62,501 nt of DNA from a virus (taxonomy: Duplodnaviria > Caudoviricetes): positions 1 through 62,501 of the IMG/VR virus record IMGVR_UViG_3300017992_000027; one strand, 5' to 3'. The notes beneath the pieces were generated by a model. It saw nothing but the letters and a program-made list of their open reading frames with translations. It was not told the DNA's origin and ran no database searches. How positions within the stretch are numbered: the stretch's first letter is position 1; the number at the start of each line of letters is the position of its first letter. This document shows positions 44,532 through 54,735 of the stretch, in pieces. The position numbers and the translations under genes are program-made.

Positions 44532-45680
44532 TTATACCTCGTAGTGAACAGCGTAGCCTGCGTTGCCTCCACTTCCTCCGTTTACGTTTTTCGTTCCTAT
44601 GTCTGTTGGCGTAACCAAGACGATTATTCCACCGCCTCCACCTCTTCCGGCTCCGCCATTTCCAAATAATCCATTACCGGCATAGTACGAAGTTCCTGAG
44701 CTACCATTTCCGCCGTTGGCGTTGAACGTCGGACTTGGGCTGCCTGATTCTGCCTCTGCATACAAGTAGATGTAACCGCCTGCTCCACCGCCTGAGCCTC
44801 CTGTTCCAGCAACTCCAGCAACAGATGTAGAAGCTGAGCCGTTTCCTCCGTTCAGGCCATTTCCGCCTGCGCCTCCAAGACTGCCTCCAGCACCACCGCC
44901 TCCACCACCAGGATAACCTCCTGATGTGTGGGATTCACCGATACCACCGCTTGAGCCACCGCCTCCAGCGAACAAACCCCAAGTTCTTAGGTCGATTAAC
45001 GCCCAATTCAGTACAGCGGCTGCCTCTCCGCCTGAACCGCCTGTGGGACTCGAAGCACCTCCAGCTGCACTCGCTCCAACGAGGGCTCCTATGACTGTGC
45101 TGGGCGCTACTCCTGGGTTTCCTCCTGGCCCAGCGTTATCACCATCAATTGCGCTAGGGGCGGTGCTGCTAGCGGCAGCACCTCCGTTAGCGTTGAATAC
45201 GCCGTCGCCGGCATACGTTGCGCAAAAGATGTTCAGGTTACCTCCTCCATCTCCAGCGTCTCCGCTAGCAGCGTTTCCTTTGTTAGTATCTGCTACGCCT
45301 GCCGCTCCTGTTCCAGGTACTGTGGATGCTGTGATGGCACCGTTGTTCGTGAACGTGCCAGTACATTGAATGGTGACGCCTGATTTTACTGTAAGCGTGT
45401 ACGTAGCGTCAATCGTCAAGTCAGTGTATTGCTTACTTTCTGAAAGCGTGGTATTCGAGCTTATAGTAACTGCTCCGTCACTTCCATCTCCAAGAGAAGG
45501 TACAAATCCAGCAGCACCACCTAATGCTTCAAATGTTGCTCCGTCGTTACTAATCTTCATCTCACCATCGTCGCTATCGTAATACATTGCTCCTTGTGCT
45601 GCTGTTGGCGCACTCGCTGTTGGAGTAGGCGTCATCAACAGACTACTTCTATTCTCTACCATTAGTCTTTCCACCCCCAT
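44532..45680 (-). CDS. Glycine-rich adhesin (gp38-like), type B module
   Basis: PTPTASAP..GAMYYDSDD, GDGSDG, multiple GGGG/GGAGG runs. Confidence 0.7.
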   Translation of the reverse strand: MGVERLMVENRSSLLMTPTPTASAPTAAQGAMYYDSDDGEMKISNDGATFEALGGAAGFVPSLGDGSDGAVTISSNTTLSESKQYTDLTIDATYTLTVKSGVTIQCTGTFTNNGAITASTVPGTGAAGVADTNKGNAASGDAGDGGGNLNIFCATYAGDGVFNANGGAAASSTAPSAIDGDNAGPGGNPGVAPSTVIGALVGASAAGGASSPTGGSGGEAAAVLNWALIDLRTWGLFAGGGGSSGGIGESHTSGGYPGGGGGGAGGSLGGAGGNGLNGGNGSASTSVAGVAGTGGSGGGAGGYIYLYAEAESGSPSPTFNANGGNGSSGTSYYAGNGLFGNGGAGRGGGGGIIVLVTPTDIGTKNVNGGSGGNAGYAVHYEV

Positions 45681-46312
45681 ACAACCATACGGGTTTTTGT
45701 TGTGAAGTTACCTGCGCTCTTCTGGATCTTGAAGATTGTTATATCTCCAGTGCCAGTCCACATTCCGGTGCTAGTATACCCGCCCCCATTTTGATCTCCT
45801 GATCCTCCAAGATGTGAGATCAAAGCTCTATCCGAAGCGATTTTAAAGATCTCAATCATGGCTGTAAAGTAATCACTACCATTACCTTCAGTGTGTATTC
45901 TATAATCTGAACCTGTTGCATCATTCGCTGTCGCTGTTGTGTTAGACCATTTGATGTAGTTCTGTTGGTAATTAGAACCAGAATCTCCATTAATTTCTAA
46001 TCCTACTCCAGCTGTTGTTGCATCAAATTCGCCGTAAATTTGAATTCGATAATTCTCATATGCTTCAGTCAAAGTAGCGCTGCTCAAACTTGTAGCTGCA
46101 CCACCACTTAGATCAGTGTCGCTTATCTTTACCCAGCCGCTTGCTCCAATCGGTTCTGATGTTGTACTGTTGCGTACTTTCAACACTTCGTCTGTGCTGT
46201 TATACCACAACTGCCCTTCAACTGGTGAGACTGGATCAGTAGCTTGCGAAGCTAGGACTACAGTCTCGCCTGAAATGTTCCCGGCGTTGTCAACTTCGTA
46301 TTTCGTTCCCAT
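45662..46312 (-). CDS. Tail fibre tip protein (type A module)
   Basis: TDPVSPVEGQLWYNSTD module; paralogous to 43502-44182. Confidence 0.65.
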   Translation of the reverse strand: MGTKYEVDNAGNISGETVVLASQATDPVSPVEGQLWYNSTDEVLKVRNSTTSEPIGASGWVKISDTDLSGGAATSLSSATLTEAYENYRIQIYGEFDATTAGVGLEINGDSGSNYQQNYIKWSNTTATANDATGSDYRIHTEGNGSDYFTAMIEIFKIASDRALISHLGGSGDQNGGGYTSTGMWTGTGDITIFKIQKSAGNFTTKTRMVVWGWKD

Positions 46313-46325
46313 CTATCTTTCCTCC

Positions 46326-48026
46326 TTATCCAAGTATCACCGTGCTTGTGCCGTTATACCCTTTGAATTGTTTATCAGTACTATTGTACCAAATTTGTCC
46401 TTCGGTTGGTGTTCCAGGATCGCTTGCTACGACTCCAAGAAACACACTTCCGGTAACAGTGACGTTAGCTAAGTTTAACGATCCACTTACGTAGATGTCT
46501 TTCCATTTGTATGTGCCGCTTCCAAGATCATATGCGTTGTCTGTGTCTGGTAAGAAATCACCAGATCCGGCTCCTGGAGTTGATGTCTGTGCACCGCCTT
46601 GAACTTCAACTGTTCCTGAAGTAGCTACTCCAAAGTCAAGTTGCACTTGATTCGCATTCAAAACAGCAATATCACCAACGATTGCATCTCCTGATCCATC
46701 ATAGATCATTACAGAAGGAGAGACGGTGTTCAAACTATGCGTCACTACTACTGTAGTCTGACTTGTGAATGTTGTGCTGTATCTTTTTACTCCGAGCACA
46801 CTACCAATACTAACGACTGCTCCTCCAACTACAACAATCTCACCGCTTGTAGCGACGCCGAATGTCACAGTCAGATTATTCGCATCAGTTAGAGTAACGC
46901 TTGTTGGTTCAACAAGCTGATCTGTGTTATCAAACACTTGTACAGCAACATATTTCTGTCCAAGATTGTGATTCACAGCTACACTTGTTTGGCCTGTAAA
47001 GCTTTCAGAGTACATAGCACTGAATCCAGTGTATGTTCTTGTAGCGTTTGGAATACTATGCACAACGACTGTTCCGGTTGTTGCAACAAGGAATGTGACT
47101 GTTACGGTATTCGCATCTGTAATATCAATTGTGTCTGGAGTGATCTGCTCGCTATTGTTATCATATACTTGCACGATCGGATTGCTGTCATTCAGATTGT
47201 GTGTGACTACAACACTTGTTTGCGAAGTGAAGGAATCAGTGTATTTAGATCCGGTCGTACTTCCAACAACTCTATCAATGTCAAGAAGTAATGTAGTTGC
47301 ACTGATTGCTTCTCCGATCTTCACAGCGATAGCGGGCGGTGTTGTTTCCAAACCTCCAGCTACTGTATCAGATAGATAGTATGTTTCTCCTGGTGTAAGT
47401 CCTGAAAGGAAATCTACTTCTCCAAAGAGAGTGACATCTCCTGTTGAACCAGACACATTGTCAATTATACCAACTGCTCTACTCGTGTCGACTGAATTAG
47501 CTTGAGCTGGTACAAAGTCTGAGCCGTCAAATGTAACAACGTCTCCATCCGTACATCCAGATTGATCTACTCCAGTAATGACAGTGCCAGTTCCTGTTCC
47601 ACCACCTCCTCCAGTGTTAATGATTCGTTGATCGAAGATGTCAGCGTTCACAATACTTGTAGCGCCGTCATCTACAAAAACACGAGCTAAACAGATGTAA
47701 GTTTCCGCGTCATAACTAGGGGTTTTCGGTACAGAAGCAGGTGTACCAGTAAGCACACTTACTGTTCCAGCTACATTAACAAGTACAAGATCGTATCGAT
47801 CAAGACTTGGGTGAGCGGCAGCTATGGCATAGTTTCCACCTGCTACAGCAATTGCTCCAGTTCCGTTGAATAGGATTGTACCTGCTGCTACATCGACGCT
47901 CATATCAGCGCCGCCGCTTTTCTCTGTTACTGCGCATCCAGTTTCAACAGCATAGTTGAGTTGCAGAGCTACATTATTCATGTCTGGAGCGAAAGCTCTT
48001 TGGTCCGGATTGAATTTCATTACCAT
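46326..48026 (-). CDS. Main tail fibre protein
   Basis: N-term AHPSLDRYDLV anchor; three ~60-aa repeats FTSQTSVVVTHNL...ATSG; C-term SDPGTPTEGQIWYNSTD. Confidence 0.75.
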   Translation of the reverse strand: MVMKFNPDQRAFAPDMNNVALQLNYAVETGCAVTEKSGGADMSVDVAAGTILFNGTGAIAVAGGNYAIAAAHPSLDRYDLVLVNVAGTVSVLTGTPASVPKTPSYDAETYICLARVFVDDGATSIVNADIFDQRIINTGGGGGTGTGTVITGVDQSGCTDGDVVTFDGSDFVPAQANSVDTSRAVGIIDNVSGSTGDVTLFGEVDFLSGLTPGETYYLSDTVAGGLETTPPAIAVKIGEAISATTLLLDIDRVVGSTTGSKYTDSFTSQTSVVVTHNLNDSNPIVQVYDNNSEQITPDTIDITDANTVTVTFLVATTGTVVVHSIPNATRTYTGFSAMYSESFTGQTSVAVNHNLGQKYVAVQVFDNTDQLVEPTSVTLTDANNLTVTFGVATSGEIVVVGGAVVSIGSVLGVKRYSTTFTSQTTVVVTHSLNTVSPSVMIYDGSGDAIVGDIAVLNANQVQLDFGVATSGTVEVQGGAQTSTPGAGSGDFLPDTDNAYDLGSGTYKWKDIYVSGSLNLANVTVTGSVFLGVVASDPGTPTEGQIWYNSTDKQFKGYNGTSTVILG

Positions 48027-48033
48027 TTCTTAA

Positions 48034-48516
48034 TCACGCTCTTGTCCATGTAAATATGAATTTTACATTGATCGGGGTAGCAGCAGTCTTTGTAAAATCA
48101 ATATTGATCCTATTGAACATTACTCCAGCAGCTGCAGCATTGAACACGCCGACCTCTCTCCAAGTTGCTACCGCTTCTGCTGCGGAGAAGTCAGTTTCTA
48201 TTTCGAGAGTATTCAGGTTCGCATTAACTACAGTCGCTGCATTTCTATCGATCTCAGCATACAATGCTGAGTCAGTCGCCGCAACTGTAACATTACTTGT
48301 ACCAACAGCAATCCATCCTAATGCTGCTTGTGTGTTATCTTTCATTCTGTCTGCAATTAGTTCAAGGCCGTCATCTACAACCATATTCTCTGCTTGATGC
48401 AAAACCTCGCCTGTTAATGCATTCCGAATCGTAAGTTGACCTTTGATGATCATTCCGGACGTTGTGTCTCTCCATTGATTTAGTTTGAGTTTATCCAAAC
48501 ATATCAGCTCCGTCAT
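48034..48516 (-). CDS. Tail-collar/fibre attachment protein
   Basis: IAVGT...AL.AEI.R...EA..WREVGVF motif. Confidence 0.65.
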   Translation of the reverse strand: MTELICLDKLKLNQWRDTTSGMIIKGQLTIRNALTGEVLHQAENMVVDDGLELIADRMKDNTQAALGWIAVGTSNVTVAATDSALYAEIDRNAATVVNANLNTLEIETDFSAAEAVATWREVGVFNAAAAGVMFNRINIDFTKTAATPINVKFIFTWTRA

Positions 48517-49096
48517 AACTACTTACATCCAAGATAAACGATGTGCCAGGTCCTGGTGTAGTAATGCTAACTTGATCTGCAACAAGAATATCATCTTCAG
48601 CTAGACCAAAATTCAATTGTGTAGTGAGATACACTCCAGCTGCTTTTGCATTCTGTACTGAATTTATAGCCGTTTGAATCAGATCAATTGTATCAATTGT
48701 AAACGTCATTTCAGCAAGAACTTTCAAAGGATCGGTTGGGAAAGTCTCTGTGATCACAATGTTCGTATCAGGAAGTCCGGTTGTTGCGGTGAAAGCAAGA
48801 GTCAGTCCAGGGATCGTTCCTGAAGCAAGGAATGCAGATCGTGCAGCTTGAATACGAGCACGATAATTTGCATCTGGTTCGCCTGGTAGCCTTCCTAATC
48901 TAAAGAGAGCACCAAGATCTTCGAGCTCTGTGCCAATTGCTGTACTGATGAATACTGAAAGTTGTAAATTCGCTGATTGTACATCGAATAAATCAAGCTC
49001 TTGCGCGACTGATAACATCCATCCATACGTAGCACTACCTTCATGGATGCTCCACCAATGCGGAAGTCTTTGTATCATGTCGTCGATTCTTGCCAT
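48491..49096 (-). CDS. Baseplate wedge protein (gpI-like)
   Basis: TAIG.EL..LG..F...R..GE.D..YRARI, KAAGV. Confidence 0.75.
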   Translation of the reverse strand: MARIDDMIQRLPHWWSIHEGSATYGWMLSVAQELDLFDVQSANLQLSVFISTAIGTELEDLGALFRLGRLPGEPDANYRARIQAARSAFLASGTIPGLTLAFTATTGLPDTNIVITETFPTDPLKVLAEMTFTIDTIDLIQTAINSVQNAKAAGVYLTTQLNFGLAEDDILVADQVSITTPGPGTSFILDVSSYDGADMFG

Positions 49097-49123
49097 TGTA
49101 TTATGAGTATTGTTGTTTGTGTT

Positions 49124-49135
49124 TATTTAAAAATA
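49124..49135 (-). promoter_or_regulatory. Late promoter motif TATTTTTAAATA
   Basis: Exact 12-mer 28 nt upstream of ATG 49096. Confidence 0.7.
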
Positions 49136-49138
49136 ACC

Positions 49139-51229
49139 TCAGACACTAATCGTGAGCGTTCCAGCCTTTGCTACTTCATCGACATCGATTGTAACATCAG
49201 CAGCTGGTACAGTCAAAGTGCTATTTGATACTCCCTCCGTTTCTTGTATGATCCGTATAAGCTCTGATCTGAAGATGTCTATTCCTACATCAAGCGTATT
49301 CAAATATGTCCTTAGCGCGCTTTCTACCGCTGTTAAAACAGTCGCTGTACTTGCACCACCTTCTACTACAATCGTTGCTGTCACATCAATTGTCACAACA
49401 GTTGGTTCAAGCACCGTCACGATCACTCCTGCAGCTCTTGTATCTTCGATCGCATCATCAACATCAGACAGTACACTTGCTGGTAGTGGAGATTGTGTTC
49501 CTGACACAAATACCTCTACATGCCCAAGCCAGTCATAGTCATAATCGACAAAGAAGTCGGTATCATCATCTGGGTTATCTCCACCGCCTTGCCAGACAAT
49601 CTGACTCGATGAATCAAGTACGAAGTCAGTGTTCTGAACGAAAGTGTGTCCTGGTGTCGCTGACAATGTGCCTTCTACATCGAGCGTTGCTGTATCTTGC
49701 GCGACTTCAAAGTCAAGTTTGTATGTATCAGTGGCAATTGCATATCGGTGCACTTCGTCCGTTGCAGTCTTTCGTGGTAGGTCATCGACTGTGACTGAAG
49801 TAATCCCGTCCACTGCTAAAACTGCTTGACGAATTGCACTGGCTGTTGCTTTTCCTGCAAGACTTGATTCTTGGATGCGATCGCGAAGTTCGTCATCCGT
49901 CTCAATATCTGTTCCGCCTTCTGTTGCTTCGTAGTTGTTGACCGCGTCAACACTCGGAATACTCGATACCTTGAATACGATCTTGTTTGCACCAACATTA
50001 TATTTTGCTCCGACATCTTCACTGATGATTGGAACTTCTTTCGAAAGCGGTTTGTAATCAACTAAGAATGATGTGCCATCGTCTGGAACTGTTCCTGTTG
50101 TTATGAATTTGATTGTGTCTCCTGAGTAGAGTGAACTATCCCCAAAGAACCAGAAGTCCATCTTCACATCACCAGATGTGAGGACGTCTCCTGCAAGATT
50201 TGTGTAAATATCGATCTTGATAAAGTTCGTTGCTGCAACACTTGGAAAGCCTGTTTGTGTAAGTTCAGTGTCTGTCCTGTCAATGAAGAATCTATAGAAA
50301 CTTCCGACTGCATCAGCTAGGTCGGAATTTGAAAAACTCAATGTGTATGCATTAGTCGCATCTCCACCAGAGCCATATGTAATTTCAATCCTGTCAATCT
50401 TCGCAAGAGCTGTGTTATCAATGATCTTCAAACTTAGGTGCATATCTTTATCAGTACCGTCTACAACAGTTCCAAGAACTTTCTCATAGCTTGCAAGTGT
50501 TGAGCTGGTTCCAGATTTACCAAGATCTAATGAATTTGCACCTTGAATAAAGTCAACAGCGTCAAGAGCATCAGCTGTTGCATCTGCGCTCTCTGTCCAA
50601 TTAGCTGTCTCACAGTCATCAACGAGAAGAACAGCATTTGGATCGACTATCAATTGATTCGAGACTGAGGAGATTTCGTAATCAACACCTTGAGTAAGAA
50701 TGGTACCGGGAGTAGCACTTACCGTTGCTGAAACTTGCTGAACGCTATCAATAAGTCGTTCATCCATTGGATAGTAAAGTAGACCGTCAACATAATCATG
50801 TGATTCTGCATCAATGTCAGCATCAAATATCGTATCACTAGCTACTAGGAATCTGAGTTGCTCCTCACCTGTATTTGGCTGAGTAGACACGATTGAATTA
50901 GCAGAGATTGTAAAATCAGCTCCTGCAACTTGATTTCTAATGAAAGACGCAAACCCGGTTGAGTTCGTTCCGTCTTTTCTATCAACTCCAACAAGAAGAC
51001 CTATCTCTTCTAGATCTGTTCCGATAGCTGTACTAACTCTTGAGCCATCGTAGATATTTTGCAATTGATCGTAAAGCAAACTGATCTCTTGTGCAACAGC
51101 TTCAAGCATCTGGCGCATGATACCTCCTGCGTTCCCGTCAGTGACGTCATTAATATTGTTGAACACGTTCAGCAATAAATCGCTGATGATGTCGTTCAGT
51201 GGTTTGACTGTGAATTGTACCGCTGCCAT
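49139..51229 (-). CDS. Baseplate J-like wedge protein with large insertions
   Basis: TAIGTDL, GG.D.ETDDELRDRI, RAAGV motifs; 696 aa. Confidence 0.85.
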   Translation of the reverse strand: MAAVQFTVKPLNDIISDLLLNVFNNINDVTDGNAGGIMRQMLEAVAQEISLLYDQLQNIYDGSRVSTAIGTDLEEIGLLVGVDRKDGTNSTGFASFIRNQVAGADFTISANSIVSTQPNTGEEQLRFLVASDTIFDADIDAESHDYVDGLLYYPMDERLIDSVQQVSATVSATPGTILTQGVDYEISSVSNQLIVDPNAVLLVDDCETANWTESADATADALDAVDFIQGANSLDLGKSGTSSTLASYEKVLGTVVDGTDKDMHLSLKIIDNTALAKIDRIEITYGSGGDATNAYTLSFSNSDLADAVGSFYRFFIDRTDTELTQTGFPSVAATNFIKIDIYTNLAGDVLTSGDVKMDFWFFGDSSLYSGDTIKFITTGTVPDDGTSFLVDYKPLSKEVPIISEDVGAKYNVGANKIVFKVSSIPSVDAVNNYEATEGGTDIETDDELRDRIQESSLAGKATASAIRQAVLAVDGITSVTVDDLPRKTATDEVHRYAIATDTYKLDFEVAQDTATLDVEGTLSATPGHTFVQNTDFVLDSSSQIVWQGGGDNPDDDTDFFVDYDYDWLGHVEVFVSGTQSPLPASVLSDVDDAIEDTRAAGVIVTVLEPTVVTIDVTATIVVEGGASTATVLTAVESALRTYLNTLDVGIDIFRSELIRIIQETEGVSNSTLTVPAADVTIDVDEVAKAGTLTISV

Positions 51230-51414
51230 TATACTACAAACCCTCCTTGTTGAATCTTCTCTTTCAATGCTTTCTTCAACTCATCTGCAGGTACATTTAG
51301 ATCACGTAATCTAAATTCCTTTTCTAAATGTCTGAAGTAAGATGGAGTAGAGCATTGCTTACCTTCAAAGTGCGATCTCGTCGCATGAATGCTTTCGATA
51401 ATTTTTTCTTTCAT
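51229..51414 (-). CDS. Small hypothetical protein
   Basis: 61-aa ORF filling the gap in the operon. Confidence 0.45.
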   Translation of the reverse strand: MKEKIIESIHATRSHFEGKQCSTPSYFRHLEKEFRLRDLNVPADELKKALKEKIQQGGFVV

Positions 51415-51416
51415 GT

Positions 51417-51887
51417 TTATCCACTCAGTATTGTGCTTGTGTCAGTGTTGATCGTGCCAAACTGATTCTCCTCTCCAGTTAATCCGAACGGAAACACAAT
51501 GTTCAAAGGCTCTTCTGAATTGATTGGAGTGACAATAATATCAATCGATAATACCTTCATTGAGGAATCAGTGTATGTTACAGATATTGAATCGATTGTA
51601 TCAATACGTGGCTCTTGTAACAACGCTTCCCTGACATGCTGTCTTGCTAATCCCAATGTGAATTCATTCGGAATTGTTCCAATAAGATTAGGCAAACGTG
51701 AACCGTAATCTGGGTGTAGTGTTAGTTCGCCACGAATCGTCCGTATTCTATTGATGATTGCTTGATTCAAGTTCGACGTTCCGATTGCTTGCTTGAAATC
51801 ATTATTCGCACCTATCTCTGTGTCATCTGTGCTCACTACATTCAGAAGAATGTCTATTCCAAGTCTTTGTTCAAACGTTACTGCCAT
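51417..51887 (-). CDS. Baseplate gp25/GPW-like protein
   Basis: QAI..R..T.RGE...HPDYGSRL..LIG...EAL..EPRI. Confidence 0.85.
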   Translation of the reverse strand: MAVTFEQRLGIDILLNVVSTDDTEIGANNDFKQAIGTSNLNQAIINRIRTIRGELTLHPDYGSRLPNLIGTIPNEFTLGLARQHVREALLQEPRIDTIDSISVTYTDSSMKVLSIDIIVTPINSEEPLNIVFPFGLTGEENQFGTINTDTSTILSG

Positions 51888-51888
51888 C

Positions 51889-52224
51889 TCAAGTTACCTG
51901 CACGAAGGTGTTTATACCCGCTCCGTCTACTTCTGTTGCGTCTCCTGAAAACGAATCTCCGATCAAAACCATAGCTTCACCGTCTACAGTCACGGATCCT
52001 TGAGCCAAGGTATCCGGTGAGTAACTATGAGCCAGTGGAGTACCGGGAGTGCAAGGAGGGTTAAGATGAGAAGGTATTTCCATCGTACCATCATCCACCA
52101 TAACAAGTTCTGACTCAATGCTGACGAAAGTGTTAGAGCCAGCATCAAGAGTGCCAGCAACAACGCCAGCACATACCGAACCCGAGTGAGTTGATGTCCC
52201 TTGATCTGTTGCAACGAGTACCAT
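51889..52224 (-). CDS. PAAR-like spike tip protein
   Basis: THSG, H..PPC..H, GSVTVDGEAMVLIGD repeats; downstream of the spike gene. Confidence 0.6.
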   Translation of the reverse strand: MVLVATDQGTSTHSGSVCAGVVAGTLDAGSNTFVSIESELVMVDDGTMEIPSHLNPPCTPGTPLAHSYSPDTLAQGSVTVDGEAMVLIGDSFSGDATEVDGAGINTFVQVT

Positions 52225-52267
52225 CGCGGTTTCCTCATATATTTTATATTTGATGTGGTTTTGGAGC

Positions 52268-52279
52268 TATTTAAAAATA
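52268..52279 (-). promoter_or_regulatory. Late promoter motif TATTTTTAAATA
   Basis: Exact 12-mer in the spike/PAAR intergenic gap. Confidence 0.65.
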
Positions 52280-52280
52280 A

Positions 52281-52862
52281 TCAAAACGTGATTGGAGTCT
52301 GTGTGTAATTCACCGTCACGCCCGCTATCGTCATAGCTCCCGCGGAATCTACATGGATCCCGTAGCCGTCCTTATTCAAGAGCTTGAAACTACCATCAGC
52401 GTTGATTCGTAGTTTTGCACCTCCATCAAGATCTCCAGCATTTGATGCTTTGAGTATGATGTCATTGTTTGCGCTCATGAATATGATTGATCCGAATGAA
52501 GTGTTCGTGAGTAAGTATTCTTTCTCTTGAATGACTGGAACACCATCCGGACTCTGTGTGAAATTGTCGATCAAGCTACCAAGTACAACTGGTGTTTGAC
52601 TGTCAAGACCGACGAAACCAACCAAGACTAAATCGTCAGTAGCCGGTAATTTGAATGTGCCTTTGAAATCTCCCATTCCAAGACCGATGATTTGAACGTC
52701 ATTGTATGCTATCTTCTGTTTATTCAAGTGTCGAATGTTGACAGTGTATGTGTCTTCATTTGTGTCTGTGACTTTAAAGACTTGCAGTCCTTGGTTCCGT
52801 ACCAGTTCCTGGCTGATCATTCCTCGAATGATCTTTGCTAATGAATCAATGTTTGCTATCAT
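52281..52862 (-). CDS. Baseplate central spike (gpV-like)
   Basis: OB-fold LP..DDLVLVGF...PVVLG plus short beta-helix. Confidence 0.75.
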   Translation of the reverse strand: MIANIDSLAKIIRGMISQELVRNQGLQVFKVTDTNEDTYTVNIRHLNKQKIAYNDVQIIGLGMGDFKGTFKLPATDDLVLVGFVGLDSQTPVVLGSLIDNFTQSPDGVPVIQEKEYLLTNTSFGSIIFMSANNDIILKASNAGDLDGGAKLRINADGSFKLLNKDGYGIHVDSAGAMTIAGVTVNYTQTPITF

Positions 52863-54118
52863 GAGAAATTACCATTCCAATTGACAAGTTGGTCATCCAA
52901 CTTCTCTCTGATTTCCAGAGCGTCAACATCAGCGATTCCAGTATTCGAGATGACTATATCTTCTGGGAAAGTATCAAGTGAGTTTGCATATCCTGTTATC
53001 TGAGCACTGACATCATCTTTCGAGATCGTCCACTCAAGAGTCTTGATGATCCATACCTGGTTCGTTGTAAATCTATCGTTGTCATTGATTGTGAAAGGTT
53101 GTCCGATATGCATTGCTGGATCAAATTTGGTTCTAAACTTGATTGCGTAATTACGAGTAATCTCCAAGAGCTTTTGTCTTGCAACTTTCTGACAGTCTTC
53201 GTCACTTGTAATATCTCTATTCTCAAATGTAAGATAGTTGTAGCTCTCTGGTCCTGGAGCGTTTCCAGCACCAGCATTCAATTGTACCATCACTGGATCT
53301 ACAGCCATTCCAAAATGCGGATAGAAACCAAGTACAACAACAGAATTGATATTGTTTGTGAGATCGCCGTAATCTAATTCGTATGCATTTGTTCCCAACT
53401 CAAATGACCAACTATTCACATTCAAGAAATCATCTTCTCTCGCACTAAGCAAATAGAACGGTGTAAGCACAAGAAGCGTTCCGTCGCCTAGTTGATGGAT
53501 GATGAGTGCATAATTCTCTTTGATATTTGACAATACATCTTTCAAGTTCTTCGCGCTATTGATTTTCACAAAAAGAGTGTTAGCATCTACATCACGAAAT
53601 TCAACTCTTGGAATAATCTCGTTGGTCTGTGAACTGAATGCTAATTGCAATACTCCAATGTCGTCGGGGTTTAACTCCGTTCCAAGTGTTGAACCAACCA
53701 ATAAGTTTTGTAGCTCGCCTTCCTTTCTTTCAAATACCAAAGTACGTTCCTCAGCAAGCCCTAGTGTACCGTGCGCTTCAATCTCATACGGTATAGAATC
53801 CTTGCCCTTTGCGAGCTTAATACTCTTTATGAAACCGTAAAATATAAGATCTAAATCCTCAGGTATTGTAGTGTTTGGAACAACTTCTCCTTCTCCATAC
53901 TCCCTGAAGTACAACTGTACAGTGTCATATTTTTTCAATCTGGTTAGATCAATATCTTGCTCTGAAACATTCTTCTGTCCAGGAAGTAAATACGGAAGAC
54001 TAAACGTAAGGATGCCATGCAGCTCATCAATATCAAACGCACCACTAAAGTTGTAGCCTTCAGTTGTTTCGATTGAGTTATCTCCACTTCCAATACGAAG
54101 AATTTGTCTAATCGCCAT
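52859..54118 (-). CDS. Baseplate hub protein (Mu gp44/gpD-like)
   Basis: IFYGFI, NSVVVLG; position; likely start MAIRQ. Confidence 0.65.
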   Translation of the reverse strand: MAIRQILRIGSGDNSIETTEGYNFSGAFDIDELHGILTFSLPYLLPGQKNVSEQDIDLTRLKKYDTVQLYFREYGEGEVVPNTTIPEDLDLIFYGFIKSIKLAKGKDSIPYEIEAHGTLGLAEERTLVFERKEGELQNLLVGSTLGTELNPDDIGVLQLAFSSQTNEIIPRVEFRDVDANTLFVKINSAKNLKDVLSNIKENYALIIHQLGDGTLLVLTPFYLLSAREDDFLNVNSWSFELGTNAYELDYGDLTNNINSVVVLGFYPHFGMAVDPVMVQLNAGAGNAPGPESYNYLTFENRDITSDEDCQKVARQKLLEITRNYAIKFRTKFDPAMHIGQPFTINDNDRFTTNQVWIIKTLEWTISKDDVSAQITGYANSLDTFPEDIVISNTGIADVDALEIREKLDDQLVNWNGNFS

Positions 54119-54261
54119 TAGCAGATACACCCCGCTTTATTCGCATGAATCTCTTCACGTATCTTTTTACCTTCGGGTTTATACCAAGTAGACATTAGCT
54201 TACCGCATTTTTGACACGTATTCACCAAGATCTTGCTCTGCAGTTGAATTCGTTTGCTCAT
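54118..54261 (-). CDS. Zn-binding microprotein (47 aa)
   Basis: Not in the ORF track; MSKRIQ...CQKCGK...H...GCIC; overlaps both neighbours. Confidence 0.5.
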   Translation of the reverse strand: MSKRIQLQSKILVNTCQKCGKLMSTWYKPEGKKIREEIHANKAGCIC

Positions 54262-54728
54262 ACTAATATATTCCGATCACGAGCACGTTGCTTGAGCAAT
54301 TCTGACGGTTGAAAATTCACAAGTGATAAGCTACTCTGCTTAACGTTTGCTTGACGGTACTCCGTCAACGTCATCTCAAATGTGATATATCTCTGCGTGC
54401 CTTGTGGAAGTCCTCCTGAAAATGAACTGATGATATATCTTCCTGTATCTTCACTGTCAATTGGTGAATCTAAATTGATAGGCGTTCCTGCATTACGAAG
54501 CCTTTCTATGATAACCTTCTTCTGGTTTACATCGATCGCATCTGTTCCAAGCAACTTACCTGCTAGAACAACAGCAGTGTTCTTTCTCCCAGTAGTGATA
54601 ACTGTTCCGCCGTCTGATCCAGGCGCTTCATACACAATAGTAGCTTGCTCACCACCGAAGCTCATACTCTCTACTACGGAAAGCTCAATGATTGTGTTGT
54701 CATTTGTTCGTATTCTAAATTTCGTCAT
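54258..54728 (-). CDS. Tail tube initiator / DNA-circularisation-N-like protein
   Basis: YEAPGSDGG...TGR, F.MTL.EY; directly after the tape measure gene. Confidence 0.6.
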   Translation of the reverse strand: MTKFRIRTNDNTIIELSVVESMSFGGEQATIVYEAPGSDGGTVITTGRKNTAVVLAGKLLGTDAIDVNQKKVIIERLRNAGTPINLDSPIDSEDTGRYIISSFSGGLPQGTQRYITFEMTLTEYRQANVKQSSLSLVNFQPSELLKQRARDRNILV

Positions 54729-54735
54729 ATTCTAC

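Noticed and set aside
42966-46400. Invertible shufflon or diversity-generating retroelement in the fibre genes
   Set aside because: All cassettes are co-oriented, the shared motifs are diverged at DNA level, and no recombinase or reverse transcriptase is encoded.
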